Positions 49,499 through 61,009 of a stretch of 64,000 nt of DNA are shown piece by piece (within the stretch, counting starts at the first letter, position 1; each line of letters opens with the position of its first letter). Origin of the DNA: Narcine bancroftii (lineage: Eukaryota); the NCBI RefSeq assembly GCF_036971445.1, contig NC_091471.1:357678001-357742000 (forward strand), read 5' to 3'. Both the position numbers and the translations under genes were made by a program. The notes under the pieces were generated by a model. The model did no database searches and had not been told where the DNA came from. It saw only the letters and a list, made by a program, of their open reading frames with translations.

Positions 49499-50820
49499 AA
49501 ACTGTAACTGTAACTGCACAGAATATACAATCCCTAGACCATTCCAGCCCCAAATTACCCAGACACACAAGTTCAACAATAATTCCAGTGATAATGAAAT
49601 GAGTAGAGTGTTGAAAACACATTTTATTTGTATTTTTTTTAAGGGAGAAAATAGCTTCCTCTCTCTAGCTGACTTACAGTATTTTCTGGTCTCAACAAAC
49701 GATGCTACGGCTTGTCATTTGCAGAGGCCAGTATCATTATTTTCACATTCACTAAAGTATCAAGAATAGAGATGTGAACGTCAACCTGCATTTAGAGAAC
49801 TTCATAAGGCAAGTTACAGACAGCATGCGCAACATTATATCTGCTCTTGGCCACCTATATAGAATTTTACAGAGAAGATTGTGAGTTCAGTGTTAAAAAT
49901 CACATAAATGCAGCACCAACTAGCCACAATCTCTTACTGGTAAATATCTGAAACTAAACCAGAGTGTTCACAAACTTAGAAGGCATATCTGACCCCAAGG
50001 AAAGGATCTGACACATTATGTCAAAGATTGTCTTCTCACACATCAGTAACATTATCCAATACATCTCTGTCTCATCTTATCGGCTGTTTGTTACTGGCTA
50101 TTCTCCCTTGTTCCACCCTTCCTAGCCATTATCATCCACCTCTTCGGTTGTCCTGAACCTGTATTAGCGTGCAGAAGAAGCTTTCCTATCACTTTTTCAG
50201 ATCTCAAGCACTCCCAAACATATGGCAACTCTGTCCTAAAGTTCCTGAGCATCATATTTTGTTTGCTCACATTGATTCACCTTTCAATAATTTGATGATA
50301 TACAAATAAAAGTGATTGTTATTCTCTAAACGAGGCATAAAACTGGATATTTTTCAACAGTCAACCTGAAGTAATCCTTACTGAGGATGGAATACAAATT
50401 AGAAAAATTAGTTCAACACTAAACCATGTACCATAGAGCTTCAATAATCTGGCACCTCAGTATGTATGATAGGCAAATATTCAGGTTTAATATTAGGGTT
50501 AGGGTTATTCATATTAATAAACCAATACATTTTAATTCACTTTTAATACAATATTTTAATAAAATATTTCCCAGTATACCTCAAGTTTAAAGCGAGAGCA
50601 GGAGATGGGACCCTAACATGTTGAACAGGAGTACTGGAACCAGAATCCTGGTGAGTCAGGGGAGAGTGTCAGATCTATTTACTGATGGAGCCAGATACCA
50701 AACCATCAGGATTTGAAAATAGGCTGGGAATGTATAATCACATTTCTACTGTATGGAGAAGGAAAATATGGCTCTTAAATTAATGATCTTCCATCAACCC
50801 ATTCTGATGAAAGTTTTTAC

Positions 50821-51135
50821 ACAGATATACTGAAGGAACTCAGCAGGTCTCGCAGCATCAAGAGGAAGTAAAGATATATTACTGACATTTCAAGCCCAAG
50901 CCTTTCAAGAGATGAGTGAAAAGCAGGAAGATGACAAAATTAAAAGCCTGGTGAATAGGGAGCCTTTTAATATAGCCTCCTGTCTGCTTTTTACTTACAA
51001 CTTGAGGAAGGGCTCAGGCCCGAACATCAGTGATATATCTTTACCTCCTCTGGACTCTGAGAGACCTGTTGAGTTCCTCCATTATTCCTGTGGTTTTTTA
51101 CTACAATCACAGCACCGGCAGACTTTCGTGTCCCA
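50821..51135. mobile_element. Two Penelope pLTR fragments in inverted orientation
   Basis: ggaactcagcaggtctc pairs with gagacctgttgagttcc; gtaaagatatattactga pairs with tcagtgatatatctttac. Confidence 0.7.
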
Positions 51136-51544
51136 CTGATGAAGGTTTATTGGTTTTGAACAATAACTCTGTTTCTCCCTCCAGTGATGCTGCAACACCT
51201 GTTAAATATTCCCAGAATCTGTTTTTATCTGAGATATCCATCATGTGCAGTATTTTCCTTTTGCTGGAAAGTTGGGATTGAAAAGAATGAGGCAAAATTA
51301 AAGCAAAGGAGTTATTCACATTTAATTTTTTTTTAAAGCAAGAATTCATGTCTAAGGAAAAGACTCCCCATGTATTTGATTTTGTGAGTGGGTAGTGTCT
51401 AACAAGTACAACTTCAAGAATTTCTATGCATCTCAATAACGCAAGACAATCCTGCGGAGAAGCAGGCCAACTTAGTAACAGCAATTTCAGCATTTTGATG
51501 CATACCTTCCAGTCTATGAAAGTTGCCATCAAACTCATCCTATA

Positions 51545-52432
51545 ATAAAAGCTGGTAAAACTCAACAGGTCAAACAGTGTACTTTATACAGCAAAGATTA
51601 AGATACAAAACCAAAGTTTCAGGCTTAAGCCGTTCATTAAGGTGCTTGAATAAAATGGTGGGAGGGAGGGGCAGGTGGAGGACCAAAGTCCCACATATAT
51701 TAGCCATTAATATCTATTATAATAATAAGGGGCCGGAATGTAAAGGTTAAAACCTTGAGTCTGCGTGGATATTACAACATAGTCACTATGGTAACACTGC
51801 AAACAATAGTTTATTAAAGCGAAAGGCATAAAATTAATTTAGAGTTTAAAAACACAAGGTTTTAACCTTTACACCACAAGCTGGAGGTAATAGGGAGGGA
51901 GGGCAAACAAGGGGAGGCGGAGATGGCTCAGTGAATGAAAGGGAAAGTGTTGGAGAGCTGGAGGAAAGAAGGCAAAGGGAAATGGAAAGAGGGGGAGAAC
52001 AGGGAGAAAGCTGACAGAAACCAGAGGTCGATGATAATGCATTCCAGTTGGAAAGTGCCCAGACTGAAAATTCAGTGTTTCTCCTCCAATTTACAAGTGG
52101 TCTGGGCACTCTCCGACTGGATGGCATTAACACTGACCTCCAGTTTCTGCTAGCCCACTCCCCATTCACCCTTCCTTCCCATCCCTCTTGTCTTCCTTCC
52201 TCCAGCTCTCACCCCTTTCCTCTCCACTCAATGAACCATTCCCCCCTCTTCCTTATCCACCAAATACCTCCTCCTGTATGTCTGTACTCCTGCCCTTTCC
52301 ACCACTTTACACTTGATGAAGCCTAAAACGTTGGTCTTGTATCTTTATCTTTGCTCTGTAAATGACACTGTTTGACTAACTGAGTTTCTCCAGCATTGTG
52401 TTTTTACTTCAATCACAGTGTCTGCAGACTTT
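51545..52432. mobile_element. Penelope 3' region with an inverted 5' copy
   Basis: Minus-orientation terminus 51545-51660 and body 51880-52100, then plus-orientation 52100-52432; gtgcccagac / gtctgggcac flank the switch point. Confidence 0.7.
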
Positions 52433-52822
52433 GAACATATATAATGCAACTGTTCAGGCCCCAAGTGATTGGATTGTCACATGGTCTCTCCCCCCACCTT
52501 TTGTAAAAGTCTGTACATATAAATTTCATTTCTAAAAATTGCTGTCAACCCACCTGTTGTGACAGCAGGAAATTCATGACAGGATGTGAAGAATAAAGAA
52601 AACAGAGGCTTTTTATGAAAATAACATTTATTTTAATGATGTAGAACTGAAACTCACCAATTTGTGGCAAATTAGAGATTTCATGAAGCATCTCATGTGT
52701 CTTAAAAGTTTTCAATTCAGTTTTGTGCTTTTCAACTTAAAAGACAATAAAGTGCTGCATAAACAAGACCTCACAAGAATCATTTTCCACCCAAGCTTCC
52801 TGGGCCCACAATAACCTACAAA

Positions 52823-53152
52823 AGCCGTTTTCAGGTGGCCAGAATACCCCAACGTAAAGCCACCTAAACTACCTGAATGCGGCTGTTGGGAGGCCACCTG
52901 AAAGCGGAGAACCCTGACCCGAGGAGTACTTACCCAACCCTCCTCGGGTAGGTGTATTCTCCGCTTCCAAGCGCTCCCCCGGGCACCTGAAAGCGGACGG
53001 GACTATGGCCACAGTCGACAGGAGCTGGTGTTTGCTCCGCGGTGCCTCTCCCCATTGCAGACCTTCAGTGCTGCCACCTGAATGTCACTTTGCAAACACC
53101 CGCAGCCGGCTCTGGAGTCACATTCTCCCAGCTATTCCACCTGAAAGTGGCT
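52823..53152. mobile_element. GC-rich MITE, PIF/Harbinger-like
   Basis: TIRs agccgttttcaggtgg / ccacctgaaagtggct (14/16); aaa on both flanks; internal hairpin acccgaggag...ctcctcgggt. Confidence 0.75.
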
Positions 53153-53903
53153 AAAGTCAGAGCATTCTGGGACCTCCTTGTACTTCTCATCACTCATACA
53201 GGCACATTGCTGGTAAACTTGGAACTCATCAACTTGTCTGTTCTGCAAGAAGCCATTATCTTTGGCTATCAGGCCCAGATCTCAACACTTCTTATCTCAA
53301 CATCTCTCCCTTTCACCAAAATATTGGAAAATTGTCAGCAATTCAAAATGTATTTCATTAAATAGGATTTTATTGTGTGTGGCAACAGTCTCACTATGCT
53401 TTTCCTCTGCAGAGGAAGATTCTCCAGAACCTTCTTGCAAAAGAGAGCAGTCAATCACATCTTACAATTTGGCATAACCTTAAAAACAAAAATGAAGTTA
53501 TATTCCACACATTTCACACCTGATATTTTCCCCTTGTCCCTTCCTAGCTCCTTGCTCAGTTTCAAGTTTCAATGCCACAATCAAATCCCCACACTACCTA
53601 CCTTCACAATTACTGCATCCATGGCTGCTGAAGCCTAAATCTTAAATATTCATCATCTTCAATGCCCTCCTAAATGGTCTTCTACTTTTACAGTGAGGAA
53701 ACCTGAACTAATCCTGCATCTGATTCTGGACCAGAGGACAATCATCCTTTACCTTTCCCGAATTAAACCTGAGAGTCCTAATTTTCCCCAATGTAATGAT
53801 TTAATATGGTCTTTTAAAGCCTTTTAATAATTTGGCCTATCTGTAGCCCCTCTTTATACTTGCATTCGCAGAATGCAAGTATCTTGCATTCTGGGAATCT
53901 TGC

Positions 53904-55380
53904 ATTCTCCCAGAATCACAGTGCGGCTTTCGCGCAAACAGAGGAACTACTGACATGGTCTTTGCCCTCAGACAGCTCCAAGAAAAGTGCAGGGAACAAA
54001 ACAAAGGACTCTACATCACCTTTGTTGACCTCACCAAAGCCTTCGACACCGTGAGCAGGAAAGGGCTTTGGCAAATACTAGAGCGCATCGGATGTCCCCC
54101 AAAGTTCCTCAACATGATTATCCAACTGCACGAAAACCAACAAGGTCAGGTCAGATACAGCAATGAGCTCTATGAACCCTTCTCCATTAACAATGGCGTG
54201 AAGCAAGGCTGTGTTCTCGCACCAACCCTCTTTTCAATCTTCTTCAGCATGATGCTGAACCAAGCCATGAAAGACCCCAACAATGAAGATGCTGTTTACA
54301 TCCGGTACCGCACGGATGGCAGTCTCTTCAATCTGAGGCGCCTGCAAGCTCACACCAAGACACAAGAGAAACTTGTCCGTGAACTACTCTTTGCAGACGA
54401 TGCCGCTTTAGTTGCCCATTCAGAGCCAGCTCTTCAGCGCTTGACGTCCTGCTTTGCGGAAACTGCCAAAATGTTTGGCCTGGAAGTCAGCCTGAAGAAA
54501 ATTGAGGTCCTCCATCAGCCAGCTCCCCACCATGACTACCAGCCCCCCCACATCTCCATTGGGCACACAAAACTCAAAACGGTCAACCAGTTTACCTATC
54601 TCGGCTGCACCATTTCATCAGATGCAAGGATCGACAATGAGATAGACAACAGACTCGCCAAGGCAAATAGCGCCTTTGGAAGACTACACAAAAGAGTCTG
54701 GAAAAACAACCAACTGAAAAACCTCACAAAGATAAGCGTATACAGAGCCGTTGTCATACCCACACTCCTGTTCGGCTCCGAATCATGGGTCCTCTACCGG
54801 CACCACCTACGGCTCCTAGAACGCTTCCACCAGCGTTGTCTCCGCTCCATCCTCAACATCCATTGGAGCGCTTACATCCCTAACGTCGAAGTACTCGAGA
54901 TGGCAGAGGTCGACAGCATCGAGTTCACGCTGCTGAAGATCCAGCTGCGCTGGATGGGTCACGTCTCCAGAATGGAGGACCATCGCCTTCCCAAGATCGT
55001 GTTATATGGCGAGCTCTCCACTGGCCACCGTGACAGAGGTGCACCAAAGAAAAGGTACAAGGACTGCCTAAAGAAATCTCTTGGTGCCTGCCACATTGAC
55101 CACCGCCAGTGGGCTGATAACGCCTCAAACCGTGCATCTTGGCGCCTCACAGTTTGGCGGGCAGCAACCTCCTTTGAAGAAGACCGCAGCACTGACAAAA
55201 GGCAAAGGAGGAAAAACCCAACACCCAACCCCAACCAACAAATTTTCCCCTGCAACCGCTGCAATCGTGTCTGCCTGTCCCGCATCGGACTTGTCAGCCA
55301 CAAACGAGCCTGCAGCTGACGTGGACTTTTTACCCCCTCCATAAATCTTCGTCCGCGAAGCCAAGCCAAAGAAAAGAAAA
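53904..55380 (+). mobile_element. RTE-clade LINE (AviRTE-like), 5'-truncated, young (subfamily A)
   Basis: Begins in frame at ILPESQCGFRANRGTTDMVF; 23-bp TSD agcccctctttatacttgcattc at 53845-53867 and 55381-55403; aaagaaaagaaa tail. Confidence 0.97.
53955..55319 (+). CDS. RTE reverse transcriptase, truncated (no endonuclease domain); probably not a functional gene
   Basis: 454-aa uninterrupted ORF with FVDLTKAFDTV, GVKQGCVLAP, LLFADD, FTYLG and a terminal CxxC..SH..C; one in-frame 9-nt deletion relative to sister copies. Confidence 0.85.
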   Translation: MVFALRQLQEKCREQNKGLYITFVDLTKAFDTVSRKGLWQILERIGCPPKFLNMIIQLHENQQGQVRYSNELYEPFSINNGVKQGCVLAPTLFSIFFSMMLNQAMKDPNNEDAVYIRYRTDGSLFNLRRLQAHTKTQEKLVRELLFADDAALVAHSEPALQRLTSCFAETAKMFGLEVSLKKIEVLHQPAPHHDYQPPHISIGHTKLKTVNQFTYLGCTISSDARIDNEIDNRLAKANSAFGRLHKRVWKNNQLKNLTKISVYRAVVIPTLLFGSESWVLYRHHLRLLERFHQRCLRSILNIHWSAYIPNVEVLEMAEVDSIEFTLLKIQLRWMGHVSRMEDHRLPKIVLYGELSTGHRDRGAPKKRYKDCLKKSLGACHIDHRQWADNASNRASWRLTVWRAATSFEEDRSTDKRQRRKNPTPNPNQQIFPCNRCNRVCLSRIGLVSHKRACS

Positions 55381-55709
55381 AGCCCCTCTTTATACTTGCA
55401 TTCCACTAAATTGGCCATTCAGTGTCCCAGGATAAGAATGGCATTTTTGCTGATCTACTTGGCCACTCTTAACTGGGACACTGCATGCGTTCACAGTTGC
55501 AAGGAGCCATTCCCGGGATTAAGACTGTTCTACCTTCTACCAGTGACATCAATGCACAGACTGATGGTGGACTTGCTGATCAATGTGTTATGACCTTATA
55601 TTCGAACAAAATTAATCATGCCTAATTACAACATAATTAAGCTTTATGTACACCAAAATATGAGCCCTTCAGCCTCTGTTGTTATGCCAACATATATACT
55701 TTGTCCCTT

Positions 55710-56042
55710 TATAAGGGACTGTGGGAAAGTGCTAGCAATAGCGGACAATTTTTAAACAGCTTGAGAAAGTTGGTAGCACTATATCGAAATACCGTGGAGA
55801 AAGAGGATGGCGGACCTGCCTTCCCAGAATTCCATATGGCACAAAGGATTGTGCATGGAGGGGTTTCTCTGCCATATGGCATTCTAGAAAGTGAAGTCCA
55901 CCATTGCTTTTTCCCACGGTGTTTATAAATTGTGCACTAAAGCGCTACCAACTTTTCTGTGCTGTTTAAAAATTGTCTGCTCTTGCTATTTATTTCCTCT
56001 CTCTCCCCCTCCCACTGCAACTTTCCCACGGCAAAGTTTATA
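55710..56042. repeat. Long imperfect palindrome (foldback, MITE-like)
   Basis: Nested complementary blocks gtgggaaagt/actttcccac, acaatttttaaacagc/gctgtttaaaaattgt, aaagttggtagc/gctaccaacttt, ccatatggca/tgccatatgg; tata at both ends. Confidence 0.85.
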
Positions 56043-56149
56043 CCTTCATTTTAATCTTTTCTTCCTTCACATTCCTGCATTTGTGCAAAAAATCTGGGTC
56101 ATTTCTATCCCAGAATGCAACTGCTCATTCTACATTTGCTTGATTGCAA

Positions 56150-56345
56150 TGCCAGCATCTGCAGATGCCAGGCATTGTAGTAGGGATCGAGGCAGCCTAT
56201 CCCCGCTATGAGATTACATCATCTCAAGCCAGGGATAGACTGCCACATCACACCGGCTTTGAGTAGATTTTGTTTTCACACTGGACCCTTTTTAGGCTGA
56301 TTGGCCATTAATTCCTGGGACCATTTGGCAAGTGTGAAAGGGGCT
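56150..56345. mobile_element. Partial Harbinger-like MITE (one TIR visible)
   Basis: Ends agtgtgaaaggggct, the reverse complement of the 60367 TIR agcccctttcacact; internal hairpin ggcagcctatccc...gggatagactgcc; left end unclear. Confidence 0.5.
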
Positions 56346-59300
56346 ACTATCTCTAAACATTTCCAGTCCTCATTTTTGTTTGTGCTACTCAAAACAAGAA
56401 CAATTGGTATGTTTCCTTTTGGAAATTGTTAAATGAACATTAAAATTAAGGATCGTCACGTAATAGTTTCCTGGAGAGATGACTAGGAGATCCATTATTA
56501 GTATCACTGAAGATTCAATTCTGAATGATTACAAGTTAAAGATGCAATCAAACACACTGCCTCAAATCCAAATTCCAGCATCTACAGACTTTCCTGTTTT
56601 GCCTCAAATTTTATTTTAGATTGAACTGGTGTAAACATCATTATCAATTTATTATGCATCCAATTTCCACACCAATAATCAAGTATGTCAGTAATACAAT
56701 GGAGACCTGTAACTCAGACTATTTCTAGGATACATTTTGTTCAAGTGTAGCCAGCATGGATTTCACTTTGACATCCTGAATGTTGACACAGAAGTTGATA
56801 CAACTGCACAGTGTAAATGAAACAACTTGCAACTGTCAAAAAAAAATCAAGACCTCATGAACCACAATCTGGAACCTCTCTGAGCATACAAGTGCTCCAC
56901 CCAACTCAGGATATTATAATGAAAGCCTTAAATAAACTATTATCCACCATTTAATCTTCACACAAACCTAGTTAACAGCACAGAAACTGCTTCCCTCCCA
57001 CCCCACAAACATGAGCAAACCTCTCTGTTCTTGGTAGTCTGACTTAATTCTTGAGTCTTTGTGACTCCAAGAATAGAGAAGAAAATGTTCACACATCTTT
57101 GTGCTTTATAACTGTTGAAACATTATATCGCCATTATGTTTTACTGTTTCCCCTTTTCTTTGCTGATTGGGGCAGATTTATACAATTTTAACTGTAATGT
57201 TATTTATCTCTGTCCAGGTCAACACAAGGGGAAAGAGACTTCTGTTCTGGCACACTGTTCTGCAAAATAACTTCAGGAATTCAAAGCTACAGGCTCCATG
57301 TGACATGTACAAGTGTGATAAGAAAATCTTTGGTCAATGATGCTTTCCAACACATGCAGAATTACTCCAACAGGAAGACCCAAAATTCGATAAACAGTCT
57401 CAAGTCAAAATAATGACAAGCCCATGGTTGATGCCTGACTCGAGTCCCTCCTGCTTCTCAGTATTTGACCCAAAACATTAACAGCTTTCTCTTTCCATTG
57501 TCAATGTTCGACTGGCAAAATTCTTCATGCATTTCTCTTTCTTGTTGTTGTCTTGAAACTCTACGCAGGAAGCGAGCAAATAAAAAAGATCTTTACGGCA
57601 AATCTGCAACTAAAGCAACAGTATGTAGGTCCTTCAGACATCAGAGCTACAGATCCTACCCACATATCAGTGAAAGCTGTGAATGAATTTATGACAAGTC
57701 AGACACCAAGCTGCACCAGTTTTGTCAAATATTCTGGGACGCGTAGAAATTATATACGAATACGCAATTAACTCCAGCAAAATTCTGATGCTTACACATA
57801 ACATCAGCCATTGCAAGGACAACTCAAGTCAGCGAATGAACAGACTTGTTTACTGAACACATATTACATCCAGTGGCATAGCTAGTGCTCCCCCTTAACA
57901 AATGTTTCAGAAGTAGCACCTTTTCAGCCCAATAGCGCTGAAAAGTCATTTTAAGGAAAGGCACCACGTAAATTCAGTATTTGACTGCAAGTTGTCACCT
58001 CATCGATGGACTCTGCACATATGCAAGGAAGTGGTATCAGAGCCAAGGGCACCATGTATGCACACTGTTGACTTACTCCGCCCCGCCCACATCCATGGGA
58101 ACCTGCACACTGTCACACATGGCTTTTTGCCCGCGAATGTTGTCAGGTGGTGGGTGATGATATTGGATGGCCCTGCCATTTCCCCCAGAGCAGGCCCAGT
58201 GAGTTGCAGGGTCCCATCAGCCCAGCCCTGATGGAGAGGGCTGCAGGTAAGGGCCTGTTGGGTTCGAGGTTCAGGGTCACAGGACTGGGGTCAGTCAAAG
58301 TTGCAGGTTGAGGGTGCAAGTTCACGGAGCTGGGAACACTTAGAGGAGCAGAAGTCGGCCATTCGGCCAGTCTAGCCTGATGCTCGATTCAATAAGGTTG
58401 TGGCATGAGTGGGGGTGGGAAAGAGCTGCCGGCAATAGTCACATACCATTTTAAACAATGCCATGGTTCAAAAACTATCCGGAACTTGGATCTGACTAAA
58501 GTCAGGTTCTTGCACAAACAAATGTCACAGACAACAGCCAAAATGCTTACAATGCCTGGATTGTCCACGGTTTATGCATCTACAAGGCACTTCTTCAAGA
58601 ATTCCAAGAGAAGAAAAGTCTGAATGCACATTTTTAAACATATATTGGCTATACACTGGTTGCATGTTACAAAATCGACTAATAAATAAGTCTGGAAACT
58701 TGTGTTCCATATGGGGAATTCATTCTGTAATTTAAACAGATTATGATGCCTATAAAACTGCTGGAAAAGCACCCTCTGTCCCCCCACCAAACAGTGCTTA
58801 TCGATGCCGTCTTTTTCATGTGCTCTCGTTCCACGACCAGAATCTGACTATACCCCTGATTACACCAGGAAGGAAAGCAGAGTGTTCAAATTTCCATGGT
58901 TTACATGCTCTTTCACTGAGAGCCAGGTCACAACCCTGATGGAAAAATGTTTCCCTAAAAAGTAATTAAATAAGAACATTAACCAGTCAATCCAGCGAAT
59001 TAGTGCAAAATGACAATTAATCAGTTGAAAGCTACTTTAAAGTACTATAGAGCTAAACACAGCACATTTTATGTTTGGTTGATAGAATTACTACTGTAAA
59101 TGAACTGAAACCCAATTCAAAATTTATCTTTTCTCCTCAAATATTACTTTGCCTTAAATGTGCATACAGGTTCATTAAACCACTACAAATAGAAAGCTTT
59201 CCAGATTTTTTTTCCTCACATTTCAGTCACAATTGTACAGATGGCATAAATGTGTCTGCTGCCTTGCCCAGCTGAGGTATTCAAAACTATAAACAATGAA

Positions 59301-59347
59301 AATTATGAATCTGTTGCTGGAGGACTCAAACTCGAGTACTGTACTGG

Positions 59348-59453
59348 TCTTCTTCTTCTTTGGCTTGGCGGACGAAGATTTATGGAGGGGTAATGTCCAC
59401 GTCAGCTGCAGGCTCGTTTGTGGCTGACAAGTCCGATGCGGGACAGGCAGACA
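59348..59453 (-). mobile_element. RTE-clade LINE 3' stub (subfamily B-like)
   Basis: Reverse complement of tgtctgcctgtcccgcatcggac...gccaagccaaagaagaagaag. Confidence 0.9.
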
Positions 59454-60366
59454 TGCTCCTGTAAACAACATTAGTACTATGCTAGCAATGTTCTCTCATC
59501 CCAATAAGGAGTTAAATTAAGGTTGTTTAATCAATCAATCAATCTCATTGACAACCTCACTGGATTAAGCCCAACATGAACTTCACTTCTTTGGTTTCAA
59601 ATCACAAGTCAATCTGCCAAGACCATCTCCTCCATTAGATCAGGAGAAACCCCTGACCTGATATGTTAGCTCAATGCTCTCCATCAAAAGCATCTAACCC
59701 ACACAATATATCCAACAGTTTGCATTTTAGCTGCCTATAATATCCTCGAAAATATACAGCATCTCTAGCACTGCAATGTGTAAAATTACTACAAGGATGC
59801 TTAAAACATCTTGTAATCTAGCTGCAAATCAACAGCATTTTAATTTTACTGCTTTTTCAAGAGTTAAAAGGACTGAGGAATGAGTCCAAAAACTATCAGG
59901 GGATGGGAGCATGAAACACAGAGTTGGGAATTGAGAAAGGAACAGAAAGAGCAGTTCTGAAAGAAATGTTTTCTTGTTTGTAATTGAGGCCACCAGAGAG
60001 GAAATATTTAGGAATTGCATAAAGGAAAGAGCCCATTCTCTAAAAACACCACAAGAATCTCAATTTCACCATTGTTGACTCAAGTGTAAAGAGGAAAATA
60101 ATGCAGAATTAATAAAACAACAAATGAATAAAATCTCACTTGCTGCTGATCATTACTCTTGGAAACTATCAGGATTACGCCGTTTAAATCACCAAAATCC
60201 ATCGAGCGGAAAAAGGATCAATGACAAATTCATAAAGGTCTTTGACCTGCATCGCTGGCCAAACAAACAGTAAAAAGTTAAAACCAAAATGAAGATGACA
60301 TTGTCCAAATAAAACGGAAGCCAGAAAAAAAAAAGTTTACCCAGAGAAGGCGAGGAAACAAATTTT

Positions 60367-60742
60367 AGCCCCTTTCACACTGGCACTTGAAACCAGGAAT
60401 TTAGCAGCAATTTACTGGTTCACCAGTATAAATACTCCAAAACCGGAATGGGGGTCCATAAACTTAACAGCCTGGGAAGGTTGTATCAAAGCTAATCTGT
60501 TTTGAAATGGCTCCAGTGTGAACAGGTGACCCAGTATTGCTAGGTCCCATTAGTGATGCATTGATGAGTTTCTTGCATGTGTGCAACCTCCTTGGTGGGG
60601 GGGGGGGAGGGGGGTGGGGGGGTGGGGGTGGATAGGCAGGTAGTCCTGGATTTTTCTGATTTACCATTGATCAAAAAAAATAATGGTGGCGAGCTCCTCT
60701 CGATGAGCGCCTGGAGGAAATCACCAAGTGTATAAAGGACCT
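60367..60742. mobile_element. Harbinger-like MITE
   Basis: Left TIR agcccctttcacactgg; degenerate right end ccaagtgtataaaggacct; internal ccagtgtgaa / ccagtataaa repeats and a G-run. Confidence 0.55.
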
Positions 60743-61009
60743 TAAGATCTGTCTTTATAAAGCAAATTGAGTAGGCAATTTAAAGAGAATAATTCATAGG
60801 GTGAGTGGAAAGGAATGTGAGAAATGGAATTGGGAGCCACCAAATACTAGATGGACTGAATGGCTTCATTCATTGGCATACAAACTGTATAATCTCAGAT
60901 GAAACCTAGAAGATCTAGGCAAACAATTAATAATATTAACTGGTAAAGGCACGCTACAACATCCAATATATTGTCCCTTGGGCATTAATTTTATGATTAA
61001 GATAATCAT

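Noticed and set aside
49679-49753. Minus-strand segment with good acceptor and gtaagt donor
   Set aside because: All three frames are closed; a non-coding exon cannot be supported from sequence alone.
54959-55418. Recurrent antisense and alternate-frame ORFs (MAWLRGRRFMEG..., MVPATLTTASG...) in several places
   Set aside because: Shadow frames of the same young GC-rich RTE; recurrence reflects copy identity, not a gene family.
57570-57620. Short plus-strand AG...gtatgt segment (RKRANKKDLYGKSATKAT)
   Set aside because: Unrecognised peptide and no context; chance-level signal.
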